Below the pieces are notes generated by a model. That model had not been told where the DNA came from and did not search any database. It saw only the letters and a program-made list of their open reading frames with translations. From Promethearchaeota archaeon (lineage in GTDB: Archaea; Asgardarchaeota; Hermodarchaeia; Hermodarchaeales; Hermodarchaeaceae), in contig JBHLMI010000008.1 of NCBI GenBank assembly GCA_048938295.1, forward strand, positions 1 to 32,000: a DNA stretch of 32,000 bases, in the 5' to 3' direction. Positions within the stretch are counted from its first letter, which is position 1, and each line of letters opens with the position of its first letter. This document shows positions 1-8,488 of the stretch, in pieces. The position numbers and the translations under genes are program-made.

Positions 1-593
1 CCATCGAACCAACCACCGCCGCGGGGGATATCCAAGATGGGATGAAGTACACCTTCCACCTCTACGAGAATGTGACCTGGCACGATGGCATTCGTTTCAC
101 ATCAGAGGACGTGAAATACAGTCTAGAAACGATTCATCTATGGAGCCCTTACACTCGCAGTGATGTACGGGATATCTATCGGATTGACACCCCCACAGAC
201 TATACGGTAGAAATCTATTCAACTCAACCAGGTTACTTTGGGTTCAGTCAAGCAACCTATCCATACATTTTTCCGAAACACACCTGGGAGCAACAGGAGG
301 CTAATAACTTCACTTGGAGTCCTGTGACAACAGAGGATATGACGGGAAGTGGGTGTTACAAATGGATTGATCGAGCGGTAAGTCAGTATGTATTTTTAGA
401 ACGTCATGGTGGCTGGCATTTTGCCCTTGACCATCCACCTCGCATTGAGTGCCCCCCTCCCCCTCCACCCCTTTGGGTAACGCTTCTGGTGACATGTGGA
501 GTCCTCATCATTTCGATTCAGGTGATCCTGCTAGGTTTCTTGCTCTACCGTCGCCACAAAGGGCAGGCTAAAAAGGGAGCTAATAACAAGTAA
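1..593 (+). CDS. ABC transporter substrate-binding protein (family 5, peptide/nickel type), C-terminal part, with poly-Pro linker and C-terminal TM anchor; 5' truncated by window
   Basis: Frame is open from base 3 (IEPTTAAGDIQDGMKYTFHL...). The motifs 'TWHDG..FTSEDVKYS' and 'GSGCYKW' are typical of SBP_bac_5. It ends in PPPPPP, a hydrophobic helix and RRHK. Confidence 0.8.
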   Translation, partial: IEPTTAAGDIQDGMKYTFHLYENVTWHDGIRFTSEDVKYSLETIHLWSPYTRSDVRDIYRIDTPTDYTVEIYSTQPGYFGFSQATYPYIFPKHTWEQQEANNFTWSPVTTEDMTGSGCYKWIDRAVSQYVFLERHGGWHFALDHPPRIECPPPPPPLWVTLLVTCGVLIISIQVILLGFLLYRRHKGQAKKGANNK

Positions 594-620
594 GATTGTG
601 GACAAGGGAGAACGGAACCT

Positions 621-797
621 ATGGTGCCAGCACTGCGTCATAAAAGGGGCCCCATGCTGATTGGCATGATTCTTGTGACCATTCTGGTCGGAGTGGCCTT
701 TACACAGTCTAATCGTCCTCAGGTCAAAGCCGATTGGACCTATCCCAGTGGGTATGACCCCCAGCTATGGCCACCAAAAAACAGGGTTCCAGAGTGA
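621..797 (+). CDS. 58-aa ORF with signal peptide; possible truncated remnant of a secreted protein (not in ORF track)
   Basis: ATG621..TGA797 encodes MVPALRHKRGPMLIGMILVTILVGVAFTQSNRPQVKADWTYPSGYDPQLWPPKNRVPE. It has a basic n-region, hydrophobic h-region and V-K-A site. AAGGGAG lies upstream at 604-610. Confidence 0.5.
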   Translation: MVPALRHKRGPMLIGMILVTILVGVAFTQSNRPQVKADWTYPSGYDPQLWPPKNRVPE

Positions 798-806
798 AAA
801 CGAGGG

Positions 807-1148
807 TTAAAGGCTTTTTGGGCGGTATCGGCTCGGTTCATCGAAGAAGTCCATAGCACGGACGAATGTGTGGAAGACACCATGGTGGCTGACATTCTCA
901 GGGATGTAATAGGAGTCTCCTACGCGGAATTCGTGGGTTTGGTTCCCGATGGTTAGGGTCATTTCTCCTTCGAGGACTATGCCGTATTGGGCTTTATGGG
1001 AATGGAGAGGTATGGTGACGCCCGCTTGGATTTCGAAAAAGACGATTTGGAAGGTGTCACCTTGAGCAAGCCACGCTTTAATGCCGTCAATGCCTATGTC
1101 AACTTGTGGTAAGGCTTTGATGATGGGGGGATAGGTTCCATGGGTCAT
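807..1148 (-). CDS. cupin domain protein
   Basis: Cupin motifs 'PLHSHKAQYGIVLEGE' and 'GDSYYIPENVSHHG'. Confidence 0.85.
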   Translation of the reverse strand: MTHGTYPPIIKALPQVDIGIDGIKAWLAQGDTFQIVFFEIQAGVTIPLHSHKAQYGIVLEGEMTLTIGNQTHEFRVGDSYYIPENVSHHGVFHTFVRAMDFFDEPSRYRPKSL

Positions 1149-1180
1149 GATTCATTCATTCCATGTAATGAGAGAAACGT

Positions 1181-1870
1181 CTAGCATCCTTTCCTGATGG
1201 ATTCAAGCTTTTCTTGAAGTCCTGGGTATTTAGGGTCTAGTTTCTGAGCGCGCTTGAGGATTTCGATGGCTTTCTTGTTGCGTCCGACTTTTTCAAAGGT
1301 GAGGCCGAGGTGGTAGTAGGCTTCGATGAATTCGGGGTCTAGGAGAAGGGCTTGTTCGAAGCTGCCCAACGCTTCGTCGTAGCGGGCCATGGCGACCATG
1401 CGGGTGCCCTTATTGAACCAGGCGATGGCAAAGGAGGGATCAACTTGGATGGCCCGTTCGAAGCATTCTAGGGCTTCGGTTTGGCGGTTGAGTTTCGAGA
1501 GTTCCATGCCTCGGTTGTTCCAAGCATCTGCCATCGTGTGATCGAGGTGAGTAGCGTTTTCGAAGGATTCGAGGGCTTGTTGATGTTTACCTAGTTTGCT
1601 GAGGGCTTTGCCTTTGCTGTTCCAGGCGCGGGAGTAGTCAGGAGCTAAACCGATGGCTTTGTCATAGCTTTCGATGGCTGCTTGGTATTTCCGAAGTTGG
1701 TAAAGGGCTACTCCACGGTTGTACCAGGCGTTGATGCGGTGGGGCTCTGATTCGAGGATTTCGTCAAAGCAGGCTAGGGCTTGCTTGTACTTACGGCTTC
1801 GGATGTATTCTACTCCCCGTTGGAAAAGTTCACGGATATTGGCCTGGTTGGGCGTCGTCCTGCTCGACAA
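1181..1870 (-). CDS. tetratricopeptide repeat protein (6 TPRs)
   Basis: Six consecutive 34-aa repeats matching the TPR consensus (AW.N.G..L..L....A...F..A...DP). Confidence 0.92.
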   Translation of the reverse strand: MSSRTTPNQANIRELFQRGVEYIRSRKYKQALACFDEILESEPHRINAWYNRGVALYQLRKYQAAIESYDKAIGLAPDYSRAWNSKGKALSKLGKHQQALESFENATHLDHTMADAWNNRGMELSKLNRQTEALECFERAIQVDPSFAIAWFNKGTRMVAMARYDEALGSFEQALLLDPEFIEAYYHLGLTFEKVGRNKKAIEILKRAQKLDPKYPGLQEKLESIRKGC

Positions 1871-1945
1871 ACGCAGTCCTCCCTTGAGTCGTGTCTATTC
1901 GGTGCCTTAAGGCTAAAGCCTTTTGGCTTGTGTGGCGTTTTCACA

Positions 1946-2830
1946 TCAGACGGATTTTGGTGGGCTGTTAATGAGTTTTTCTAAGGCTTCACGTGTGGCT
2001 TTCACCAAATTGGTGCAGCCTAGATCTTGGACATTGAAAGCCCCCGCGGCATTCCCCCATTTCGCCGCTTGAATGATATCTCCATCTTTCAGGTAACTTG
2101 CTAAGAAGGCCCCTGCAAAACTGTCTCCGGCTCCCGTGGCATCGATTTCCTGCACTGGATAGCTATCCAGGTGCTGTATGACACCTCGGCGATAAACAAA
2201 GCAGCCATCAGGACCCTGCGTCACTACCACTAAGGGCACCTGCTGTCCTAGTCGGATAATGGCCTGCTCTGTATCTCCTGTACCGGTAAGAAACGTCGCT
2301 TCTTTGGAATTTAGAAACAGTATATCCAGACTGGATAGTTGAGGTAAGATTTCATCGCGTAATGTTTGGGCTTGATGAAAAATCGTAGTCATACTAAGAA
2401 GAGGACCTCGCCCATGAACACGTCTGATTAAGGCTCGCTGTAAATGCGGTGGTAAGATTCCAAGATGGATTGCTCTGGCATTCTTGGTCAAGCGATTGAA
2501 GTGGCTAAAAGACAGTTGGTTTCCTACGCCAAAATGTAGTCGATAATTCGACATGGTGCTTTCTTTGGTAAAATCAGCCCAGAAATGAGAGGACCGACCT
2601 GATCGGCGGACGACTCCAGATAGATCAATATCCTTTGATTCTAGCATTTTAACAAACTTTGATGGGAAATCGTCCCCAATGGATGAAACGATGGCGACTT
2701 TGCTGCCTAGCGTAGCTGCAGCGATTGCTACGTGGGCTGCTGACCCTCCTAGTATTGGGCTAGTGGGGACGCCTTGAAAGGAGAGTTCATCGATGGCTAA
2801 TTTCCCAGCGACGACTAAATCGAAACTCAC
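1946..2830 (-). CDS. PfkB/ribokinase-family carbohydrate kinase
   Basis: PfkB signatures 'LGGSAAHVAIAAATLG' and 'IDATGAGDSFAGAFLA'. Start placed at GTG 2830 (VSFDLVVAG); the ORF track extends it to 2989. Confidence 0.88.
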   Translation of the reverse strand: MSFDLVVAGKLAIDELSFQGVPTSPILGGSAAHVAIAAATLGSKVAIVSSIGDDFPSKFVKMLESKDIDLSGVVRRSGRSSHFWADFTKESTMSNYRLHFGVGNQLSFSHFNRLTKNARAIHLGILPPHLQRALIRRVHGRGPLLSMTTIFHQAQTLRDEILPQLSSLDILFLNSKEATFLTGTGDTEQAIIRLGQQVPLVVVTQGPDGCFVYRRGVIQHLDSYPVQEIDATGAGDSFAGAFLASYLKDGDIIQAAKWGNAAGAFNVQDLGCTNLVKATREALEKLINSPPKSV

Positions 2831-2991
2831 AGGTAAGCGAACCTTGCTGGGCGATATAAGAGCTTTCCCAATACCTGATTCAGTGGAGCTAGAATCAAGT
2901 GAATTAGCTTCTTGTACCTCAACAATCTTAAATTCCTGAATTCCCTTCGGATTTAAAGGAGAACAGCCACAATACAGACTGGTGAACACCG

Positions 2992-3633
2992 ATGCCCATT
3001 GGAAACTGGTACATACCCGAAGGTAAACTGGATGATGCTTTAACCAAGCTAATCCCCGGTGAAGACACCATCATCTACACCTCGCTAGTCTATGTGAAAA
3101 CAGGTGATGAACTGCGTGGGTATGTCACCAAAGTAGGTCAAATCGCTATCACGAACCGGGGAGTGGCCTTCTACGCGAAACGGAAGGGCTTAACCGGTGG
3201 CTTAATTTCCTTCCGAGGAGGCCCTATTGCAGAATATGCTCGTTATGATCATATTTCCCATATCGACAGCCAAGATGACCGCGTCATCATTCATGTTACT
3301 CCAGATATTGATGCCGAGGATCAGGACGAAAAGTGGTTTGAACTCGTCGTCGTTGAAACCGAACCCTATGAAACCAAAAAAGAATTCGAGAAACGCAAAG
3401 GCCAATTCAGCGCTGTCTTAGAACACGCATTGTACCGTTATCGCACAGGACAAGCACGACCTGATTTACCAAAGCAAAAGAAGCCCGCTCAACCCAATGC
3501 TACACGAGTTCGGGCAACACTAAAATCCGCTCGTCGACGTCGAGTGCAGTATTGTCCAAAATGTGGAGCTTTTCTAGAGGAACCAGAAGCTTTCTGTGAA
3601 GTCTGTGGAAAACCCTTACACCCAACGAAATAA
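2992..3633 (+). CDS. PH-like (bPH/GRAM-like) domain protein with C-terminal zinc ribbon
   Basis: N-terminal 'LIPGE.......G.IAITNRGVAF' pattern typical of PH-fold families; C-terminal CPKCG-x8-CEVCG. Confidence 0.55.
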   Translation: MPIGNWYIPEGKLDDALTKLIPGEDTIIYTSLVYVKTGDELRGYVTKVGQIAITNRGVAFYAKRKGLTGGLISFRGGPIAEYARYDHISHIDSQDDRVIIHVTPDIDAEDQDEKWFELVVVETEPYETKKEFEKRKGQFSAVLEHALYRYRTGQARPDLPKQKKPAQPNATRVRATLKSARRRRVQYCPKCGAFLEEPEAFCEVCGKPLHPTK

Positions 3634-3639
3634 TCGTGG

Positions 3640-4182
3640 TTAGAACACGCGTCCGCGGACCCGGTCAATTGCATACAATGCAATGCGCTCAAAGATCGGC
3701 TCAATGTTGACCCCATCTTTAGCACTGGTTTCCAAGAACTCGGCACCAAGTTGGCGCCCCATGCCCATGCCTTCTTGTTCACTCACGAGACGCTCTTTTT
3801 TCAAATCAATTTTATTACCGATTACAATTTTTACTGCCTCACCCGCGTGACGATCAACCTGGCGAGACCACGTCGGTAAGTTGTCAAAGCTTTCCCGGTT
3901 CGTGACATCATAAACTAGGAGGGCTCCAATAGCTCCGACGAAATAGCGTTCAACCAGGTTGCGGAACCGTTCCTGTCCAGCAGTGTCATAGCAGAGCAGA
4001 CCAATTCGACGTCCTTCCACCGTCACAATCTTGCGAAACACATCAGTGCCAATAGTTGCTTTGTACGACGTGGAAAAGGAACCAGTGACGTATCGTCCGA
4101 CGATGCTGGTTTTTCCGACTTCGGAGTCTCCGACGGCGATGACTTTCAGCGAAACATCTGCTTCTTGCTCTTCACCATTCAA
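3640..4182 (-). CDS. Rab-like small GTPase (Ras superfamily)
   Basis: G1 GDSEVGKTS, G2 TIGTD, G3 DTAGQERF, G4 NKID, G5 ETSAK; TTG start. Confidence 0.93.
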   Translation of the reverse strand: MNGEEQEADVSLKVIAVGDSEVGKTSIVGRYVTGSFSTSYKATIGTDVFRKIVTVEGRRIGLLCYDTAGQERFRNLVERYFVGAIGALLVYDVTNRESFDNLPTWSRQVDRHAGEAVKIVIGNKIDLKKERLVSEQEGMGMGRQLGAEFLETSAKDGVNIEPIFERIALYAIDRVRGRVF

Positions 4183-4278
4183 GTTCGAACATCCCCACAG
4201 GCAAAGGGTTGTGGTGTTGCCTATACATTTAGGCTATAATAAGTTTTCACACACAAATCGAATCCTAATTGAAAGAAA

Positions 4279-4797
4279 TTACAGGTCCAAACGATAAAGG
4301 TTTACACCATCGGCTCCATGGACAAAGCCAAATTTTAGTCGCTGGACGATACGAAGCATTGGCGTGTTCGTCACATTCACTAGGGCAAACAAGCGGTACA
4401 ATCCCTCGGACTCGGCAATCTCTACTAATTTTCTCATCAGCTGGGTCCCCAGGGTTTTATTTTGGAAATCGTCACGTACAAGAATGGACACTTCTGCAGT
4501 TCCTGAGTTCTTATCCATGAAATACCAACAGTCGCCAAGCACTTCAATGGTACCTACTTCATTCAGGTATTCGCCAACTAGGCAAAGGTTTCCTGTATCG
4601 ACACAGCCTTTAATGGAGCGGAGCCATTCTCGTGCATTGGTCCAGCCAAATCGTTTGCGGAGCGATTCCTCTGAGGAACGTGTGTATAGGTCATCAAGGC
4701 GATCATATTCATCAAAATTTAGGGGACGTATCTGGATACAGCAGCCATCACTAAGTTTGGCTTTGCATTCAAACTCAGGAGGATAGAGTCCACCCAT
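4279..4797 (-). CDS. GNAT-family N-acetyltransferase (resembles the GNAT domain of Pat/acyl-CoA synthetase fusions)
   Basis: Motifs 'L.DG..I.IRP', 'S.ES...RF', 'AEVSILVRDDFQNKTLGTQLM' and 'N..ML'. Confidence 0.85.
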   Translation of the reverse strand: MGGLYPPEFECKAKLSDGCCIQIRPLNFDEYDRLDDLYTRSSEESLRKRFGWTNAREWLRSIKGCVDTGNLCLVGEYLNEVGTIEVLGDCWYFMDKNSGTAEVSILVRDDFQNKTLGTQLMRKLVEIAESEGLYRLFALVNVTNTPMLRIVQRLKFGFVHGADGVNLYRLDL

Positions 4798-4953
4798 ACA
4801 CAGACCTCAAGGGTTAAACAACCTATTATGGGAAATCAGGTCATTTAAACCATAATGTTTAGTCAATTGTATGCTTTCTATAAGCCGTTTTGAGATCGCT
4901 CTGGTGTGTTAGAAAACCGAAACCTTATTGGCACATTTAGATAGAACGGAGAA

Positions 4954-5511
4954 GTGGTGATGAGAATGGATGTCAAGGAAGCTATCACAACACGTAGAGC
5001 GTACCGTGCACTAGAGCCTGCTGAGATTACTGATACCATGATAGAAGATCTAGCAGGGTATGCTCAGCTTGCAGCTTCGTGTTTCAATAACCAGCCATGG
5101 CGAATGGTTTTTGTGCGAAATAGTCAGATGCTCTCTAAGCTGTTTGGGGTTATGTCTAAGAACAACCGGTGGGTACAGGGAGCATCTCTGATCATTGCTG
5201 TGTTTTCAACAAGAGACTTTGATTGTATGTTACCTGACAGAGACTATTACCTATTTGACACCGGCATGGCAATAGGGTCGCTTATTTTAAGAGCCACTGA
5301 ACTAGGGCTCGTGGCTCATCCAATTGCTGGGTATGATCACGAGAAAGCTAAGGCATTGCTTAATATTCCTGAGGGAATGACCTTGATTACATTGGTTATT
5401 GTAGGAAAGCATGCACCTATGTCCACTTCTCTTCTCACGGAAAAGCAGATTGAAACCGAAAAAGAACGACCACCCCGGAAACCACTCGAAGAGTTCATTC
5501 GAGTCATTTGA
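4954..5511 (+). CDS. nitroreductase family protein
   Basis: Motifs 'AITTRRAYR', 'A(A)SCFNNQPWR' and 'L.ATELGL'. The true start may be ATG 4960 or 4966. Confidence 0.9.
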   Translation: MVMRMDVKEAITTRRAYRALEPAEITDTMIEDLAGYAQLAASCFNNQPWRMVFVRNSQMLSKLFGVMSKNNRWVQGASLIIAVFSTRDFDCMLPDRDYYLFDTGMAIGSLILRATELGLVAHPIAGYDHEKAKALLNIPEGMTLITLVIVGKHAPMSTSLLTEKQIETEKERPPRKPLEEFIRVI

Positions 5512-5513
5512 TA

Positions 5514-6251
5514 CTAAGGAACTCTTTCAATAGGCAATTCAGTTAGTTCGTACGTAATCCGGATGGTTCCTTTCCCTTTTGCCTTCCTCTTTGTTATTCG
5601 GATGCCTTTCAGCTCTCCTGTGCGTTTTACATGAGTACCTGCACAAGGGTAAGCGTCGTATCCCTTTACGCAGACAAGGCGAACTTGTTTTACAGAAATA
5701 GGCAGTTTCGTTAGATCAGACCGGTCGGGTCCCATACGTTCTGCCATCTCTTCTCGTGAAACAGTTTCAATGATCACAGGAAGATCCTGCTGAATGATGG
5801 CATTTGTTGCCTCTTCAATCCTTGGCAGGTCTGCTGATTGAAAAGTAGCAGGTGCAAAATCGATGTGTGAATAAGTGTCACGGATTTGGTTACCTGCAGT
5901 TTGGGCATTAAACAGTTCAAATACAACCCGACTGACGATATGTTGGGCAGTATGCATTCGCATATGGGCATATCGCGTTTCCCAATCAAGACGGATGTAT
6001 ACTTCGTCTCCGATGTGTGGGATAGGTCCTTCGAGGTAATGGAGAATGCGGTTTCCCTCCTTCGCAACATGAGTTACTGTTGCAGTACCTTGAGACGAAT
6101 CTAAAGTCCCTGTATCACTGGGTTGCCCTCCTCCTTCAGGATAAAAAATTGTGCTAGCTAACACAACTGCATTCCCCGTAACATCAGTTACAGTTGTTGC
6201 TGTTGATCGCAGGTAGCTGTCTTCCAAGAATAGGAGTTCAGTTTTTACCAT
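5514..6251 (-). CDS. alaXM: alanyl-tRNA editing protein AlaX (AlaX-M size class)
   Basis: Motifs 'TIFYPEGGGQPSDTG', Zn-binding HxxxH 'MHTAQH' and 'CAGTH'; 245 aa. Confidence 0.9.
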   Translation of the reverse strand: MVKTELLFLEDSYLRSTATTVTDVTGNAVVLASTIFYPEGGGQPSDTGTLDSSQGTATVTHVAKEGNRILHYLEGPIPHIGDEVYIRLDWETRYAHMRMHTAQHIVSRVVFELFNAQTAGNQIRDTYSHIDFAPATFQSADLPRIEEATNAIIQQDLPVIIETVSREEMAERMGPDRSDLTKLPISVKQVRLVCVKGYDAYPCAGTHVKRTGELKGIRITKRKAKGKGTIRITYELTELPIERVP

Positions 6252-6268
6252 ATCCTTTCAACTCAATA

Positions 6269-6736
6269 CTAGGCTTCGATTGTCCGTATGAACTTGCGTC
6301 CTGTCATTTGATCGGGTGTGATTAGTATAATACGAGCAGATTTCAACTCTTCGTCACGTTTTCGACCAGGCTTTTGCATATAGGTTTCAAAATTCTCGGG
6401 AACACGGTATTTATTGATATGTAGTTGGAGGTAGGGTATTATGGCTTCTGGCTCATGGAGAATTTCGCTCTCCCCAAACATGATGACACTCTTATACATT
6501 GAAACATCAGATAGAGTTTCATCGACTTCAAAGCACACTCGTGGATTGGATTTTAAGGCTTCAATCTTCTTCCCCTTAGTGCAGGAATGAATAGCGATTT
6601 TTCCTTTATGGTACACGTAACCAACTGGAATGACGTAGGGTTCGTTGTCAATGATGAGGCCTAATCGACCGGTGGGGGCGCAAGTTAGGAATTGGTCGAT
6701 CTCAGCTTGTGACATTTCACCTTTACTTTTGGACAT
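6269..6736 (-). CDS. pyridoxamine 5'-phosphate oxidase-like FMN-binding protein (NimA-like split barrel)
   Basis: Motifs 'GRLGL....PYVIPVGY', 'G.KIEALKSNPRVCFEVD', 'YKSVI.FG' and 'TGRK'. Confidence 0.85.
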   Translation of the reverse strand: MSKSKGEMSQAEIDQFLTCAPTGRLGLIIDNEPYVIPVGYVYHKGKIAIHSCTKGKKIEALKSNPRVCFEVDETLSDVSMYKSVIMFGESEILHEPEAIIPYLQLHINKYRVPENFETYMQKPGRKRDEELKSARIILITPDQMTGRKFIRTIEA

Positions 6737-6820
6737 TGTGAAGGATACACCTCCAAGTAATCCTATTTGTGACTGATATCAGTGATAGACTCTAATCATC
6801 TAGAATATAAGTAGGAAGCA

Positions 6821-7813
6821 ATGCCAATATCACCCCTAGCCAAGGTGTGTTTCATGGACCCACTCGACAAAAAAATTCTCTGGGAGCTTCATGAAGACTG
6901 CCGAATGTCGTATCAGACGCTCTCGAACATTCTGGGCATCTCTGCCAATGCAGTGAAAAAACGAGTAGCAAAACTGATTGATACGGGTGTAATTCATAGT
7001 TTCACTGCGATGTTGTCGTTGGATTATTTGAAATCAGAGGTCCTTTATGGACTGGTCTATACCGACGGCGAAGAGAACGAAGAGGAGTTCATTCAACGAC
7101 TTGGGAGTAGTCCTATGGTTCATGTCGTTGGCACAATCGCAAGTGGTGGAGGAGGTGCATACAATTTCTTCGCCCAATACATCGGATCTGAGGGTCTTTC
7201 GGAGTTAGGTCGCTTCGTCCGAACCATGCCCCATGTTACTCGGACGGAAATGTTTCCGCTCTTGATACCTAAAGATCATCGTGGTGTCCAGGCGCTGCCT
7301 GTCCGCGGTAGGGAAGAGGGTGGTGAATTCAACCGCACCGAACTCAAAGTGCTGCACTGGCTTGTTGATGATTCGCGAATGTCGATCAGTGAAGTGGCGA
7401 GTCGATCGGGGTTGACTGCCCGTCGGGTTGGCCGAACAATCGAGCAGTTGAAGAATAAGGGAGTTATGTTCTCGGTTCGATGGAACCTGAGTGCAGGAGG
7501 TTACGATCAGATTATGATTCGTACTCTCATTGATGAGAAAAAGATGGCAATAACTGAGGTGGCTGAGTGGGTGCGAGAAAAGTTTCCAGGCCAGTTCTGG
7601 CTGCCGTATATATCAGCCGATGAGCCCCTCGTGTTTCTGAGTTTCGTTGTCAAGAATATGCAGGAGGCAGAAGATATTGCCCAGACACTCAAAGCAGCTA
7701 ACTTCGTAAAGTCTGCAACAGTTTCTGTACGCTTCTCTGAAACCAAGTTTCCATGGATGGGTCGCATTATGATTAAAGATATGGTGCGTGAGGCGGGTCT
7801 TTATGATTCATAA
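6821..7813 (+). CDS. Lrp/AsnC-type transcriptional regulator with two tandem HTH-effector repeats
   Basis: HTH 1 'DPLDKKILWELHEDCRMSYQTLSNILGISANAVKKRV' and HTH 2 'ELKVLHWLVDDSRMSISEVASRSGLTARRV'. Alternative start ATG 6854. Confidence 0.85.
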   Translation: MPISPLAKVCFMDPLDKKILWELHEDCRMSYQTLSNILGISANAVKKRVAKLIDTGVIHSFTAMLSLDYLKSEVLYGLVYTDGEENEEEFIQRLGSSPMVHVVGTIASGGGGAYNFFAQYIGSEGLSELGRFVRTMPHVTRTEMFPLLIPKDHRGVQALPVRGREEGGEFNRTELKVLHWLVDDSRMSISEVASRSGLTARRVGRTIEQLKNKGVMFSVRWNLSAGGYDQIMIRTLIDEKKMAITEVAEWVREKFPGQFWLPYISADEPLVFLSFVVKNMQEAEDIAQTLKAANFVKSATVSVRFSETKFPWMGRIMIKDMVREAGLYDS

Positions 7814-8472
7814 TGAGATGGCTAGTTATGGTGTTGTACCTTTTTTTGCAATGGTTGATGATTGGATTCTTATTGATTCTTTTCTGTTCTTGTGTCATTA
7901 TTCGGATAGTTCGTCGTTACCGGAAATTTCCTATTCCCGCAGCGTTGACTGGTCTGATAGATAACCCCTGGCGTCGACACATCGTCCAAAAACCAAGTAC
8001 TGTGGCTGCTCAAGCTTATCTTAAACCAGGGATGACGGTCCTCGAAATCGGTCCAGGCAAAGGCAGTTATACCATTGAATTTGCTAAACAGGTGCGTCCC
8101 AATGGCACAGTGTATGCGGTTGATATTTCAAAAAAGGTCATTGAAAAACTAAAACAGCGCATTATCCAAGAAGAGATACCCAATATCATCGCTAAGATTG
8201 ATAATGCACATGCCTTCTCGTTTGCAGATGAAAGTATTGACCGGGTCATTGCCATTTCTTGCCTTCCTGAAATCCCTGAACCTGTAAAAGCCTTACGTGA
8301 AATCTGGCGTATCCTTAAGCCTAATGGGTTGGTCTCGCTCAGTGAATTGGCACCAGATCCGGATTACCCAAGAAGAAAAACGGAGAAGCGATGGGCAGCT
8401 GAGGCAGGATTTGAGTTGCATAGTGAATTTGGTAATTGGTTCGTGTACCAATTGAATTTCAAAAAAGCCTAG
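7813..8472 (+). CDS. class I SAM-dependent methyltransferase with N-terminal TM helix
   Basis: Motif I 'VLEIGPGKG', 'VYAVDIS', 'EIWRILKPNG'. The ATG overlaps the upstream TAA (TAATG). Confidence 0.88.
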   Translation: MRWLVMVLYLFLQWLMIGFLLILFCSCVIIRIVRRYRKFPIPAALTGLIDNPWRRHIVQKPSTVAAQAYLKPGMTVLEIGPGKGSYTIEFAKQVRPNGTVYAVDISKKVIEKLKQRIIQEEIPNIIAKIDNAHAFSFADESIDRVIAISCLPEIPEPVKALREIWRILKPNGLVSLSELAPDPDYPRRKTEKRWAAEAGFELHSEFGNWFVYQLNFKKA

Positions 8473-8488
8473 TCTACCAGCTCAAACC

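Noticed and set aside
1181-1870. Repetitive sequence as a possible CRISPR or DNA repeat
   Set aside because: Periodicity is explained by protein-level TPR repeats; no identical direct repeats with spacers were seen anywhere in the window.
2831-2989. N-terminal extension of the PfkB kinase in the ORF track
   Set aside because: Low-complexity, outside the PfkB fold, and it would leave only 2 bp for the divergent promoters; GTG 2830 is preferred.
4219-4234. GCCTA-N6-TAGGC inverted repeat upstream of the first GTPase
   Set aside because: Only 5-bp arms; expected by chance.
4364-4786. 140-aa plus-strand ORF
   Set aside because: Antisense shadow of the GNAT gene; Ser/Arg-rich with no motifs. The same applies to the other antisense ORFs in the track (e.g. 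8549-8902, 13420-13776, 20014-20466, 29041-29427, 31448-31843).
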